Positions 11,210 through 20,722 of a stretch of DNA of 64,000 nucleotides are shown here, in pieces (the first letter of the stretch is position 1; every line of letters begins with the position of its first letter). Origin of the DNA: Minisyncoccota bacterium (GTDB lineage: Bacteria > Patescibacteriota > Minisyncoccia > Phycocordibacterales > CAJBRS01); NCBI GenBank assembly GCA_035652395.1, contig DASRDX010000009.1, positions 208,411-272,410 of the forward strand, written 5' to 3'. The position numbers were made by a program, and so were the translations under genes. The notes below the pieces were generated by a model. That model worked only from the letters and a program-made list of their open reading frames with translations. It did not search any database and had not been told where the DNA came from.

Positions 11210-12007
11210 GTGAGTCACTATAATAAAGACAAAAAAAGGACTATTTTCAATACTGATTCCAAGGAGCCTTTTAAGATCAGTCGATCAAAGATTGATCTTT
11301 TTACCGAGTGTCCGCGCTGTTTTTATTTAGATCAGGTGCTCGGCGTGCCACGCCCGCGACCCTTTCCCTTCACTTTAAATGCAGCTGTTGATAAGTTGCT
11401 GAAGAAGGAATTCGATATTCATCGCGCGGCGGGGAGCCCTCATCCCATGATGGAACAATATGGAATTGATGCCGTGCCATTTGCTCACGATAATCTGGAG
11501 GAATGGAGAGACGCTCTTCGAAAGGGCATTAGCTATTTGGATCCGGAAACCAATCTTTTGGTGCGAGGCGGAATAGATGATGTTTGGATTACCTCGGACA
11601 AGGAATTATTAATTGTTGATTATAAAGCTACAGCCAAAGAGGCCGAAGTTACTCTAGATGCAGAGTGGCAGGACGGATACAAGAGACAAGTGGAAGTTTA
11701 TCAATGGCTCTTTCGTCAAAATGGTTTTAAAGTCTCCGATACCGCTTGGTTTGTCTACGTGAACGGCAAAACAGACAGAAAAGCTTTTGATGGGAAGTTG
11801 GATTTCGATATTAAATTAATTTCTCACAAGGGATCTGATAAATGGATTCCGGCGACACTGAAGGAGATCAAGAAATGTTTAATAAGCGAGAAATCGCCGG
11901 CGCCGGCCGAGGACTGCGAGTATTGCAGTTATCGCAATCAGGCGGCCGCCGCTTTTCAGGCCCGTATTAGCGCTAATAAAGAATTGAAAGAATCAACCTT
12001 GTTTTAA
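11210..12007 (+). CDS. Stand-alone Cas4/RecB-like PD-(D/E)xK nuclease
   Basis: ISRSKI..F.ECPRCFY, GGIDD, IVDYK, Q..VY, C-terminal CEYC. Confidence 0.85.
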   Translation: MSHYNKDKKRTIFNTDSKEPFKISRSKIDLFTECPRCFYLDQVLGVPRPRPFPFTLNAAVDKLLKKEFDIHRAAGSPHPMMEQYGIDAVPFAHDNLEEWRDALRKGISYLDPETNLLVRGGIDDVWITSDKELLIVDYKATAKEAEVTLDAEWQDGYKRQVEVYQWLFRQNGFKVSDTAWFVYVNGKTDRKAFDGKLDFDIKLISHKGSDKWIPATLKEIKKCLISEKSPAPAEDCEYCSYRNQAAAAFQARISANKELKESTLF

Positions 12008-12008
12008 C

Positions 12009-12617
12009 ATGATGGAGCGAGAGGAGTTATATGAACATCTAAAAAATGAAAGCAAGGTGCTTGAATCAGAGCCACTTGCACGCGCTTTTCGCGAAATTGA
12101 TAGAGCCGATTTTGTCCCCGAGGACTACAAGGTAGAAGCGTATGAAGATTATGCCTTGCCGATTGGTTTTGGTCAGACCATTTCTCAACCGACCACCGTG
12201 GCCTTTATGCTGGAACTGCTCGATGTCAAAGAAGGAGAAGAGGTACTGGACATTGGCTCCGGCTCAGGATGGACCACGGCTTTACTTTCTAACTTGGTTG
12301 GACAAGAAGGATTGGTCTTGGGAGTGGAAATCGTACCTGAATTAGCAGAGCTGGGACAAAAAAACTTGCAGCCATATAAATATTCTCAAACCAAGATCAT
12401 AAAAGTGGGGGAGGAAGAGGAGCAGAGCGAGCAGTATGACAAGATTCTCGTTTCGGCATCGGCAGAAGAACTTCCGGAGGATTTAATTGAGAGACTAAGA
12501 GCTGGTGGAACTATTGTAATTCCCATCGAAGAATCTATTTTTAAAATCATCAAAACAGAGGATGGGGAACTGGAGGAGGCGGAATACCCCGGCTTTGCTT
12601 TTGTACCGCTGATTTAA
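12009..12617 (+). CDS. pcm: Protein-L-isoaspartate O-methyltransferase
   Basis: LPIGFGQTISQP, VLDIGSGSGW, FVPL C-terminus. Confidence 0.93.
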   Translation: MMEREELYEHLKNESKVLESEPLARAFREIDRADFVPEDYKVEAYEDYALPIGFGQTISQPTTVAFMLELLDVKEGEEVLDIGSGSGWTTALLSNLVGQEGLVLGVEIVPELAELGQKNLQPYKYSQTKIIKVGEEEEQSEQYDKILVSASAEELPEDLIERLRAGGTIVIPIEESIFKIIKTEDGELEEAEYPGFAFVPLI

Positions 12618-12630
12618 GTATAGTTAACCT

Positions 12631-13239
12631 ATGAAGCTAGAAGAAAAGAAAGAAGCCCTCCGAAAAATAAAAGACGAGGTAGTGGCTCTGAAAGCCTCGC
12701 CCTTGTTTGAAGAAAGAACTAAGAACAAAGTTTTCCCAGTAATAGGCGAGGGAAGTCATGATGGGGAAATTATGTTCGTGGGAGAAGCACCGGGAAAAAA
12801 CGAAGCCGCGACCGGCCGCCCTTTTGTCGGGGCGGCCGGAAAAATCCTGACTCAATTATTGGAAGAGATCGGCATTAAGCGCGAAGATGTCTACATTACC
12901 AATATCGTCAAAGATCGACCACCGCAAAATCGCGATCCATTGCCAGACGAAATCGAAATCTACGGCCCGTTTCTGGATCGTCAGATTGATATCATCCAGC
13001 CAAAAATCATCGCCACTCTAGGACGATTTTCAATGGTCTACATCATGACGAAATTCGGTCTGGAATTTGAACTTTTGCCAATTACCCAAATGCACGGCAA
13101 AAGTTTTGAGGCCGAAGCTACCTATGGCAAAGTCACTATCATTCCGTTCTACCATCCAGCCGCTTCAATCTATAATCAAAGTTTGCGAGAAGTATTGCGA
13201 GAGGACTTCAAAATTTTAAAGAAATATGCCAAAAAATAA
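12631..13239 (+). CDS. Uracil-DNA glycosylase, family 4-like
   Basis: FVGEAPG..E...GRPFVG..G, YITNIVK.RPP.NR.P, HPAA. The protein contains no cysteine. Confidence 0.9.
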   Translation: MKLEEKKEALRKIKDEVVALKASPLFEERTKNKVFPVIGEGSHDGEIMFVGEAPGKNEAATGRPFVGAAGKILTQLLEEIGIKREDVYITNIVKDRPPQNRDPLPDEIEIYGPFLDRQIDIIQPKIIATLGRFSMVYIMTKFGLEFELLPITQMHGKSFEAEATYGKVTIIPFYHPAASIYNQSLREVLREDFKILKKYAKK

Positions 13240-15013
13240 ATCAAAATCTAAAACCGAATGGAACCTCGGCCTGCTTTATAAAAGCCCGAAGGACCCACAG
13301 ATTGAAAAGGATATCCGAACGATAGAAGCGGCTTTCAATAACTTTGAAAAAAAATACAAAGACAAGGATGATTATTTGAAAAATGAAGCTGCTTTATTTC
13401 GGGCTCTGACTGATGGCGAGAAATTGCGGGATATCGTCGGCTCAACGAGGCCGCTTCATTATTTTCATTTGCTTAAGGATATTGATTCTCAAAACAAGAT
13501 AGCTGAAGCCAGACTCAACCAACTTTCGGAACACCTAACCAAAGTTTCCAATAAGGTCTTGTTTTTCGAGCTGAAATTGGGAAAAATTCCGCCAAATCTG
13601 CAAAAAAGATTTTTACAGAGCCGAAAATTAGAGCATTTCCGCTACCAACTGAAACTGATTTTTGACCAAAGCCGACACAACCTAACAGAGCCGGAAGAAA
13701 AGATTATGAATCTAAAGTCACTGCCGGCCTATTCGATGTGGGTAAATAGCTCTGAAAAATATCTTTCCAAGCAAGAAATATCATTCAAGCGGAAAATGCT
13801 GCCGATCGCCGAAGCTATCGGCCGTGTTTCGTCTTTACCAACACCAGACCGCCGAAACCTAATGAGAGACGTAATGAAAAAATGCAAAGAGATCAGTGAT
13901 TTTGCCGAAGCTGAATTAAATGCCGTTATAACTAACAAAAAAATCAATGATGAGCTGCGCCATTTTAAAAATCCATATGACGCCACCCTGCTTTCTTATG
14001 AGACGTCAGAGAAAATGGTTTTGAATTTAATCGATACGGTCACCAAGAATTTCAAAATCAGTCACGATTTCTACAAATTGAAAGCCAAGCTAATGCGCCT
14101 GCCATATTTAACTTACGCCGATCGGAATGCCAAGGTAGGCAAAAGCACGAAGGTTTATAAGTGGAAAGAGACTCTGAAAACTGTTGAAAATGCCTTTGAA
14201 ATTGTCAGTCCAAAATATGCCGACATTTTAAAATCTTATGTGAAAAGGGGTCAAATTGATGTTTATCCTAATAAGGGCAAAACCGGAGGCGCCTACTGCT
14301 CTGGCGGGCTCAATATTGATACTTTTGTGTTGTTAAACCATACCGATAGTCTCGGATCCGTCATGACTTTGGGGCATGAGATGGGCCACGCCATCCATAC
14401 GGAATTAAGCAAAGTTCAAAGCCCGCTTTATCAAGGCTATACCATTGCCGCCGCCGAAGTGGCCAGTACTTTGTTTGAAAACTTTGTCTTTGATCAGATT
14501 TTTGAAACTTTAAGTCCGAAAGAAAAAGTTATTGCCCTTCATAATCGGCTCAATGACGACATTCAAACTATATTTCGCCAGATTGCCTGTTTTAATTTTG
14601 AAAACGACTTGCATCAGAAAATCAGAAAAGATGGTGCCATTTCAAAAGAAGAAATTGCGGCTCTCATGAATAAGCATATGAAAAGTTATCTCGGACCAAT
14701 CACTCGCTTGGAAGAAGTGGATGGTTACTTTTTCGTTTACTGGAGCCACATTCGCCGATTCTTTTATGTCTACACTTACGCTTTCGGCCAGATTGTTAGC
14801 AAAGCCCTTTATAAAAAGTATCGGGAAGATAAGAACTTTTTAAACAAAATCGAGCAATTCCTAAAAGCTGGCGGCAGTAAATCACCGGAAGATATTTTCA
14901 AGGATATCGGTATCGATGTCACCAAGCCAGATTTCTTTCAACGTGGATTGGACCAAATCAAAGGAGATATAAAAGAGCTGGAAAAATTGGCAAAAGAGGC
15001 CAAATTGATATAG
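13226..15013 (+). CDS. M3 family oligoendopeptidase F
   Basis: WNL..LY, K.GGAY, TLGHEMGHAIH (HExxH), AEVAS, FYVYTYAFG. Confidence 0.92.
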   Translation: MPKNKSKSKTEWNLGLLYKSPKDPQIEKDIRTIEAAFNNFEKKYKDKDDYLKNEAALFRALTDGEKLRDIVGSTRPLHYFHLLKDIDSQNKIAEARLNQLSEHLTKVSNKVLFFELKLGKIPPNLQKRFLQSRKLEHFRYQLKLIFDQSRHNLTEPEEKIMNLKSLPAYSMWVNSSEKYLSKQEISFKRKMLPIAEAIGRVSSLPTPDRRNLMRDVMKKCKEISDFAEAELNAVITNKKINDELRHFKNPYDATLLSYETSEKMVLNLIDTVTKNFKISHDFYKLKAKLMRLPYLTYADRNAKVGKSTKVYKWKETLKTVENAFEIVSPKYADILKSYVKRGQIDVYPNKGKTGGAYCSGGLNIDTFVLLNHTDSLGSVMTLGHEMGHAIHTELSKVQSPLYQGYTIAAAEVASTLFENFVFDQIFETLSPKEKVIALHNRLNDDIQTIFRQIACFNFENDLHQKIRKDGAISKEEIAALMNKHMKSYLGPITRLEEVDGYFFVYWSHIRRFFYVYTYAFGQIVSKALYKKYREDKNFLNKIEQFLKAGGSKSPEDIFKDIGIDVTKPDFFQRGLDQIKGDIKELEKLAKEAKLI

Positions 15014-15020
15014 TTAGGGC

Positions 15021-16703
15021 ATGAATTCAGCCGAAATTCGGGAGCGATTTCTAAAATTTTTTGAAAAAAGGGGACACAAAATTATTCCTTCGGCATCGCT
15101 CGTGCCGGAGAATGATAATAGCGTGCTTTTCACTACTGCGGGTATGCAGCAATTTAAACCATATTTTATTGGGCTTGCCGACGCGAAAAAAGATTTTGGT
15201 ACCTTAAATACTGCTTCTATTCAAAGGTGTATTCGAACTTCTGATATTGAAGAGGTGGGAGATGAAAGCCATTTAACCTTTTTTGAGATGTTGGGGAACT
15301 TTAGTTTCGGAGGCTATTGGAAAAAAGACGCTATACAATATGGTTATGATTTTATTACTAAAGAATTGGGTTTAAAGATTGACTATGTAACAGTTTTTCA
15401 GGGAGAAGGGGAGGTGCCTTCCGATACAGAGTCAGAAAAAATTTGGCGAACTATTGATCAGCACATTCTTATTAAAAAGGCTGGGCGATCGGATAATTTT
15501 TGGGGACCAACCGGTGAGGAAGGGCCGTGCGGTCCAACTACAGAAATATACGTAGATGGCATTGAGGTCTGGAATATCGTCTTCAATGAGTATTTTCAGA
15601 ATAAGAGTAAAGGACTTGCGCCGCTAAAAGTCACAGGAATCGATACGGGAATGGGATTAGAGCGCTTAGCGAAAGTCGTTCAGAAGACACCCACAGTTTT
15701 TGAAACAGATTTATTTTCTTTTGGTCAAATACTTAGTGATTTTGACGAAAGAACCAAAAGAATAATTTTAGATCATTCCCGCGCGGTCGTTTTCCTTATT
15801 AATGATGGTGTGGAACCTACAAACAAAGGAAGAGGTTACATTTTGCGCCGTCTCTTAAAAAGAATTGTCACTCATTATTACTTAGCCAGTATTTCGAAAA
15901 AGGTACCCATGAATTATGAGGATATATTGAGGGCAGTCTGTATAAAATATAAAGACATATATCCATCTTTAGACCTTTCCCGTGTTGAGGATATAGTTAG
16001 AAATGAATATATAAGATTTAATGAAAGTCTTCCTAAGGGCCTAAAGGAATTAAGCAAGATGAAGAGTATTGATATATCGAATGCATTTTTGCTATTTGAA
16101 AGCTATGGACTTGACTTCGATTTAATAAAAGAGCTTGCTCCAAAAGAAACAGAGCGGCTGACCAGAGAAGATTTTGAAAAAGAGCTTAAGAAACATCAGG
16201 AAATTTCTCGCGCCGGTGCCGAACAAAAATTCAAAGGAGGTCTGGCTGATACATCCGAGATGTCCGTCAAATATCATACCGCTACTCATTTATTGAACGC
16301 GGCCTTGAGAGAAGTTCTCGGGAAAGAAGTGGTGCAGAAGGGAAGTAACATTACGCCGGAGCGCCTGCGTTTTGACTTCAGTTATCCGAATAAAATGACC
16401 GATGAGCAGAAGAAGGCGGTGGAAGATTTGGTCAATAGCAAAATCGAGGCAAATCTTCCGGTTTCCTTTAAGGAGATGTCCAAGGAGGAGGCCGAGAAAA
16501 CCGGCGCCGTTCATGCTTTCGGCGAAAAATACGGAGATGTTGTCAAAGTTTATTCGATCGGTGATGAGAAAAATGGATACTTCAGCCGAGAATTTTGTGG
16601 CGGGCCACACGTGGAGCGAACCGGGATTCTGGGACATTTTAAGATCACTAAAGAAGAAGCGGTTTCTGCCGGTGTTCGGCGAATAAAAGCTGTCTTGGAA
16701 TAG
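15021..16703 (+). CDS. alaS: Alanine--tRNA ligase, short form without C-Ala domain
   Basis: LFTTAGMQ, HLTFFEMLGNFS, DTGMGLER; editing motifs HTATH and CGGPH; ends at GVRRIKA. Confidence 0.95.
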   Translation: MNSAEIRERFLKFFEKRGHKIIPSASLVPENDNSVLFTTAGMQQFKPYFIGLADAKKDFGTLNTASIQRCIRTSDIEEVGDESHLTFFEMLGNFSFGGYWKKDAIQYGYDFITKELGLKIDYVTVFQGEGEVPSDTESEKIWRTIDQHILIKKAGRSDNFWGPTGEEGPCGPTTEIYVDGIEVWNIVFNEYFQNKSKGLAPLKVTGIDTGMGLERLAKVVQKTPTVFETDLFSFGQILSDFDERTKRIILDHSRAVVFLINDGVEPTNKGRGYILRRLLKRIVTHYYLASISKKVPMNYEDILRAVCIKYKDIYPSLDLSRVEDIVRNEYIRFNESLPKGLKELSKMKSIDISNAFLLFESYGLDFDLIKELAPKETERLTREDFEKELKKHQEISRAGAEQKFKGGLADTSEMSVKYHTATHLLNAALREVLGKEVVQKGSNITPERLRFDFSYPNKMTDEQKKAVEDLVNSKIEANLPVSFKEMSKEEAEKTGAVHAFGEKYGDVVKVYSIGDEKNGYFSREFCGGPHVERTGILGHFKITKEEAVSAGVRRIKAVLE

Positions 16704-16729
16704 AGTCGATAAGCGCTATAATAAAGAGA

Positions 16730-17887
16730 ATGGAGAAACAAGTTTTGCTTTTTTATATTGGTAACGGAGGACTGAAGAGTGCTTTAATCAGTCAATCCAA
16801 AACAGATCTACCGAAAATTTTGTTACTGGATCGAGAAAGTCTCGGAAATTCGGCAAGCTTGTCTAAGAAGGAGCTGGAAGAAGTTGTCTATAGAAAATTG
16901 GATGCACTCGCCGGTCGGATGCAAAAAGCTATTCTAGATGCCAACCTTACGAATAAGAAGGTAAACGCAGTTTTAGCCATCGTTTCCGCTCCTTGGTATC
17001 ACGCTCTGACCAAAACCTATAAATTGAAAAAGGATGAACCCTTCTTAATTAAAGACAAAACCATCACGGAATTATTGGAATCAACCGATAAAGATTCAGC
17101 TCCGGAGCAAGAAGAAGTCACGGTCTTGGAAAGAAAAATTATTCACATTGCTCTAAATGGCTACGTCACGGATTCGCCGATTAATAAAAAAGCAACCGAT
17201 CTGGAAGTTTCGGTAATTCAAAGTCTGACGGAGAAAAAATTCCTAAGCGAGATTGAAAATATTTTATCCAGATATTTTCCGATTTCGGCTTACCATTTTC
17301 ACACTTTGGCCTTGGCCAGTTTCGTTACCATTCGGGATATTCTGAAAGAGACCAAGGATTTTCTTTTAATTAATGTCACGAATTTAATCAGCGAAATTTC
17401 CTTGGTTAAGGACAATCTGCTACAGGAAACTATTTCGATTCCAATTGGTTTTGCCGGCTTACTGGATAAAGTTTCAAAGGCCCTGAATGTTACTCCCGAG
17501 GTAGCCTTTTCTCTTTTAAAAATGTACAAAGGTGATCAGTTGGAAAAACAGATTGGGGAGAAATTGGGAGAATCCCTAGCCGTCTTCAGGAAGGAATGGG
17601 CGGCTCAAATTGGGGAGGCCTTCAAAAATCTCTCGGGAGGAGTGGCGCTTCCGGCCGCCTGCTACTTATTGTCGCATCACCAGCTAGAAAATCTGTTTGC
17701 CGATTTGATTCAACCAGAAGATTACAGTCAGTTTTCTTTCAATCAGGGAGAATTTCATATTCGAAATATTTCGGCTCTGGACTTCGTACAATTTATTGAC
17801 TTCAATCGCTTACCTCTCGATTCCGGAATGGCGGTGGCTATCATTTTCGCCAAACAAACCCTTTTGAATCGGGAACGAATGAGTTAG
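16730..17887 (+). CDS. Degenerate FtsA/PilM-like actin-fold protein
   Basis: LLFYIGNG (degenerate DIG), LNGY, FLLINV...SEISLVKD..L.E..SIPIG pattern. Confidence 0.55.
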   Translation: MEKQVLLFYIGNGGLKSALISQSKTDLPKILLLDRESLGNSASLSKKELEEVVYRKLDALAGRMQKAILDANLTNKKVNAVLAIVSAPWYHALTKTYKLKKDEPFLIKDKTITELLESTDKDSAPEQEEVTVLERKIIHIALNGYVTDSPINKKATDLEVSVIQSLTEKKFLSEIENILSRYFPISAYHFHTLALASFVTIRDILKETKDFLLINVTNLISEISLVKDNLLQETISIPIGFAGLLDKVSKALNVTPEVAFSLLKMYKGDQLEKQIGEKLGESLAVFRKEWAAQIGEAFKNLSGGVALPAACYLLSHHQLENLFADLIQPEDYSQFSFNQGEFHIRNISALDFVQFIDFNRLPLDSGMAVAIIFAKQTLLNRERMS

Positions 17888-17911
17888 AATGAGATAAACA
17901 ATTCTCCAATT

Positions 17912-19348
17912 ATGGCCAATCAATTCCAAGATATCATTCCACCAAAAAAACGATCTATTCGGGACATTCCCTTACCGGAAGGACGGGAGCGACCCGATCG
18001 ACCGACACCTCCACCGCCGCCACTCACTCATCGACCAAAAGCTGAACCGGAGATTAAAGCACGACCTTCTCCTGTAGTTCCACCCCGGGAAGAGGTGAGA
18101 ATAAAAAAGACTCCGGAGATTAGGCCTAACGAAGAAATAGTCGGGCCCCGCCCCATCGATTCTCCTCCCGATCTGGAAGAACGATCAGAGCGAGATCCTT
18201 ATTGGCGAGCTGGCCTCTGGCTTCTGGCCCTAATTGCCCTGATTTTTCTCTTCTTCGGCGTTTCTTATTTATTTGCCGGCGCGAATATAAAAGTCATTCC
18301 TCACAGTCAGGATGTAACAGTCAATCAAACTATCAACGCTGACCCAAATGGAAGCGGGGGAACCATGCCGTATGCCGTGATCACATTGGAAAAGACTGGC
18401 AGCAAAGATGTAACGGCCAATGGAACGCAGAATGTGGCTAACAAGGCTTCTGGAGAGATTATCATCTACAACAATTACAGTTCCAGTCCACAATCACTAG
18501 TAGCCACTACTCGGTTTGAGACTCCGGAAGGTTTGGTTTTCCGAATCGATAAAGATATAACAGTGCCCGGGCAGAGCACGGTTAACGGACAGGTAACGGC
18601 AGGCAGCGTTGAAGCAACCGTTTATGCCGATCAGGCCGGCGAAGAATATAATGTTGGTTTGAAAGATTTCACCATTCCGGGTTTTAAAGGCACGCCTAAA
18701 TATCAAGGATTCTATGCCCGTTCAAAAACACCGATTACCGGAGGCTTCATTGGTACTACTGCCACAGCTTCGGCCGCCGATATCGCTACCGCCAAAACTC
18801 AAATTGAGGCAGATCTACGAAATCAATTTATAACCCAAGCCAATTCTCAAAAGCCCGACGACTTTATTCTTTATCCAGACGCTCTTACCATTACTTATTC
18901 TCCGGCAGCTAATTCCACCAGCACTACTCAAAAGTTGACGGTGCGGGAAAGCGCTACTGCTTACGCCGTTCTGTTCAATCGCAATATTTTGGCTAAATAT
19001 TTCCAAGATAACCTTTCCGTCAATTATTCAAGTAGTACTCTAGCGGGAATTGAGAATTTAAAATTCAGTTTTACAAATCCGAACGGTTTTCAATCAACCG
19101 CCTCAAGCTCGGCCGACTTCACTTTTAAACTGGAAGGTACTTTGAAGCTAGTTTCCTTGGTAGATATTGAGAAATTAAAAAATGATCTGAAGGGAATCTC
19201 TCGTTCAGGACTTTCAGCCGTTTTAGCTAAATATCCTTCCATTGAAAAAGCCGAGGTAGTTTTCAAACCATTCTGGCGCTGGTCTTTTCCGAATAAAACG
19301 GCTAATATTAAGGTTGAAATTGAAAGCGCCACCTCCACCGTTGACTAA
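17912..19348 (+). CDS. Membrane-anchored protein with baseplate J/gp47-like domain
   Basis: QDIIPP N-terminus, Pro-rich linker, single TM, KASGEIIIYN...TRF.T..G..F...VPG...A...GEEYN...FTIPG. Confidence 0.65.
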   Translation: MANQFQDIIPPKKRSIRDIPLPEGRERPDRPTPPPPPLTHRPKAEPEIKARPSPVVPPREEVRIKKTPEIRPNEEIVGPRPIDSPPDLEERSERDPYWRAGLWLLALIALIFLFFGVSYLFAGANIKVIPHSQDVTVNQTINADPNGSGGTMPYAVITLEKTGSKDVTANGTQNVANKASGEIIIYNNYSSSPQSLVATTRFETPEGLVFRIDKDITVPGQSTVNGQVTAGSVEATVYADQAGEEYNVGLKDFTIPGFKGTPKYQGFYARSKTPITGGFIGTTATASAADIATAKTQIEADLRNQFITQANSQKPDDFILYPDALTITYSPAANSTSTTQKLTVRESATAYAVLFNRNILAKYFQDNLSVNYSSSTLAGIENLKFSFTNPNGFQSTASSSADFTFKLEGTLKLVSLVDIEKLKNDLKGISRSGLSAVLAKYPSIEKAEVVFKPFWRWSFPNKTANIKVEIESATSTVD

Positions 19349-19370
19349 AGGGCCTTATTTCTGTTATGCT
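19341..19370 (+). promoter_or_regulatory. Sigma70-type promoter of the infA-rpsI operon
   Basis: TTGACT-N18-TATGCT with an extended -10 TG. Confidence 0.55.
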
Positions 19371-19413
19371 GAGGTTACTGGTTTAATTTAATATGTTCGG
19401 CAAGAAAATATAA

Positions 19414-19635
19414 ATGGCTAGCAGTAAAGAGAAAGCTCCAAGCGCCACTGGGGTAGTGACTGAAGCCTTGCCCAATACCTTATTCAAGGTCAGATTGGAT
19501 GATCAAGAAGAGGAACTCTTGGCGTATCTTGGAGGCCGAATGAGATTGAATCGAATCAGAGTTTTAATTGGAGATAAAGTTCAGGTAGAACTTGATCCGT
19601 ACGGAGGCAGGGGAAGGATTGTCAAAAGGTTTTAA
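19414..19635 (+). CDS. infA: Translation initiation factor IF-1
   Basis: GVVTEALPN..F.V.L...GRMR...IRVL.GDKV.VEL.PY...GRI..R. Confidence 0.97.
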   Translation: MASSKEKAPSATGVVTEALPNTLFKVRLDDQEEELLAYLGGRMRLNRIRVLIGDKVQVELDPYGGRGRIVKRF

Positions 19636-19709
19636 GCACAACAATCACCCAGACCCTAAGATAAGAATGGAGACGGGTGGTTTTTTCGTCGCTAGAAATT
19701 TTAATTAAT

Positions 19710-19826
19710 ATGAAAGTTAAAGCATCAGTCAAAAAAATGTGTCCAAAATGTCAGGTAGTTCGTCGAAAGGGCTACGTTTATATTGTCTGCAAAGCTAATC
19801 CCCGCCATAAACAGCGACAAGGTTAA
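19710..19826 (+). CDS. rpmJ: 50S ribosomal protein L36 (Zn-binding type)
   Basis: Translated by hand: [38 protein letters not shown]. Below the ORF-track length cutoff. Confidence 0.97.
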   Translation: MKVKASVKKMCPKCQVVRRKGYVYIVCKANPRHKQRQG

Positions 19827-19835
19827 TCAATCAAT

Positions 19836-20213
19836 ATGCGTATTTTAGGTATTACCATTCCAGATAATAAAAGATTAGAGATTGGCTTGACCACTCTTTA
19901 TGGTATTGGCCGGCCAAGAGCTCAAGAAATCTTAGAGCAGGCTAAGATTGATTACGGCCGAAAAGCTAAAGATTTGAAACTTGAGGAAGAGAATGAAATT
20001 CGCCGAATCGTGGAAGCTTACAAAATAGAAGGAGATCTGAAAAGAGAAGTGGCTTCCAATATTAAACGTCTGAAAGACATTAAATCTTATCGCGGCAGCC
20101 GACACGCCAAAAGATTACCGGCTCGCGGACAGCGCACCAAAACAAACGCCCGCACTCTGAAAGGGGTGAAGAAGACCATGGGCTCCGGACGCAAGAAAGC
20201 CGAGAAGAAGTAA
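19836..20213 (+). CDS. rpsM: 30S ribosomal protein S13
   Basis: LT.LYGIG, IEGDL, YRG.RH...LP.RGQRTKTNAR. Confidence 0.98.
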   Translation: MRILGITIPDNKRLEIGLTTLYGIGRPRAQEILEQAKIDYGRKAKDLKLEEENEIRRIVEAYKIEGDLKREVASNIKRLKDIKSYRGSRHAKRLPARGQRTKTNARTLKGVKKTMGSGRKKAEKK

Positions 20214-20250
20214 AAGAGCCAATAATCATAAACAATAATTCAAACGATCA

Positions 20251-20682
20251 ATGGGTAAGAAACGAATTGTAAAAAAAGAAGGAGAAGAAGGCGGAGCTGC
20301 TGAAAAAGCGGCACCTTCAATCGTCTCTAAAAAGCGCGTAGACACAGGCATTTTGTACGTCCAGTCTACCTATAATAATACGAAGGCAGTACTCACTGAT
20401 CCTAAGGGCAATAGTTTAGCTTGGTCTTCCAGCGGCTCACTCGGCTTTAAAGGAGCCAAAAAGGGAACACCTTTTGCCGCGGCTAAAGTTGGCGAAACCG
20501 TTGGCGGCAAGGCCCAGACCATGGGCTTAAAAGAAGTGGCGGTAGTAGTCAAAGGAGTCGGTTCCGGCCGCGAATCTTCCATTCGAGGCTTTGTATCAAA
20601 GGGAATTGCCATTACGTCTATTAAAGATGTAACACCGGTGCCCCACAATGGTCCAAAACCTAAGAAACCCCGACGTGTTTAA
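20251..20682 (+). CDS. rpsK: 30S ribosomal protein S11
   Basis: STYNNT, GFKGAKKGTPFAA, DVTPVPHNG. Confidence 0.98.
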   Translation: MGKKRIVKKEGEEGGAAEKAAPSIVSKKRVDTGILYVQSTYNNTKAVLTDPKGNSLAWSSSGSLGFKGAKKGTPFAAAKVGETVGGKAQTMGLKEVAVVVKGVGSGRESSIRGFVSKGIAITSIKDVTPVPHNGPKPKKPRRV

Positions 20683-20722
20683 TTTATTCAATTGCTTTCT
20701 ACAAATTACGTATTAAAAATTT

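Noticed and set aside
11210-12007. Cas4-like gene as evidence of CRISPR-Cas
   Set aside because: No cas1/cas2, effector genes or repeat-spacer array are visible; solo PD-(D/E)xK nucleases are common.
17912-19348. Baseplate-like gene as a prophage
   Set aside because: It is membrane-anchored and flanked by alaS and infA, with no capsid, terminase, tail or integrase genes.
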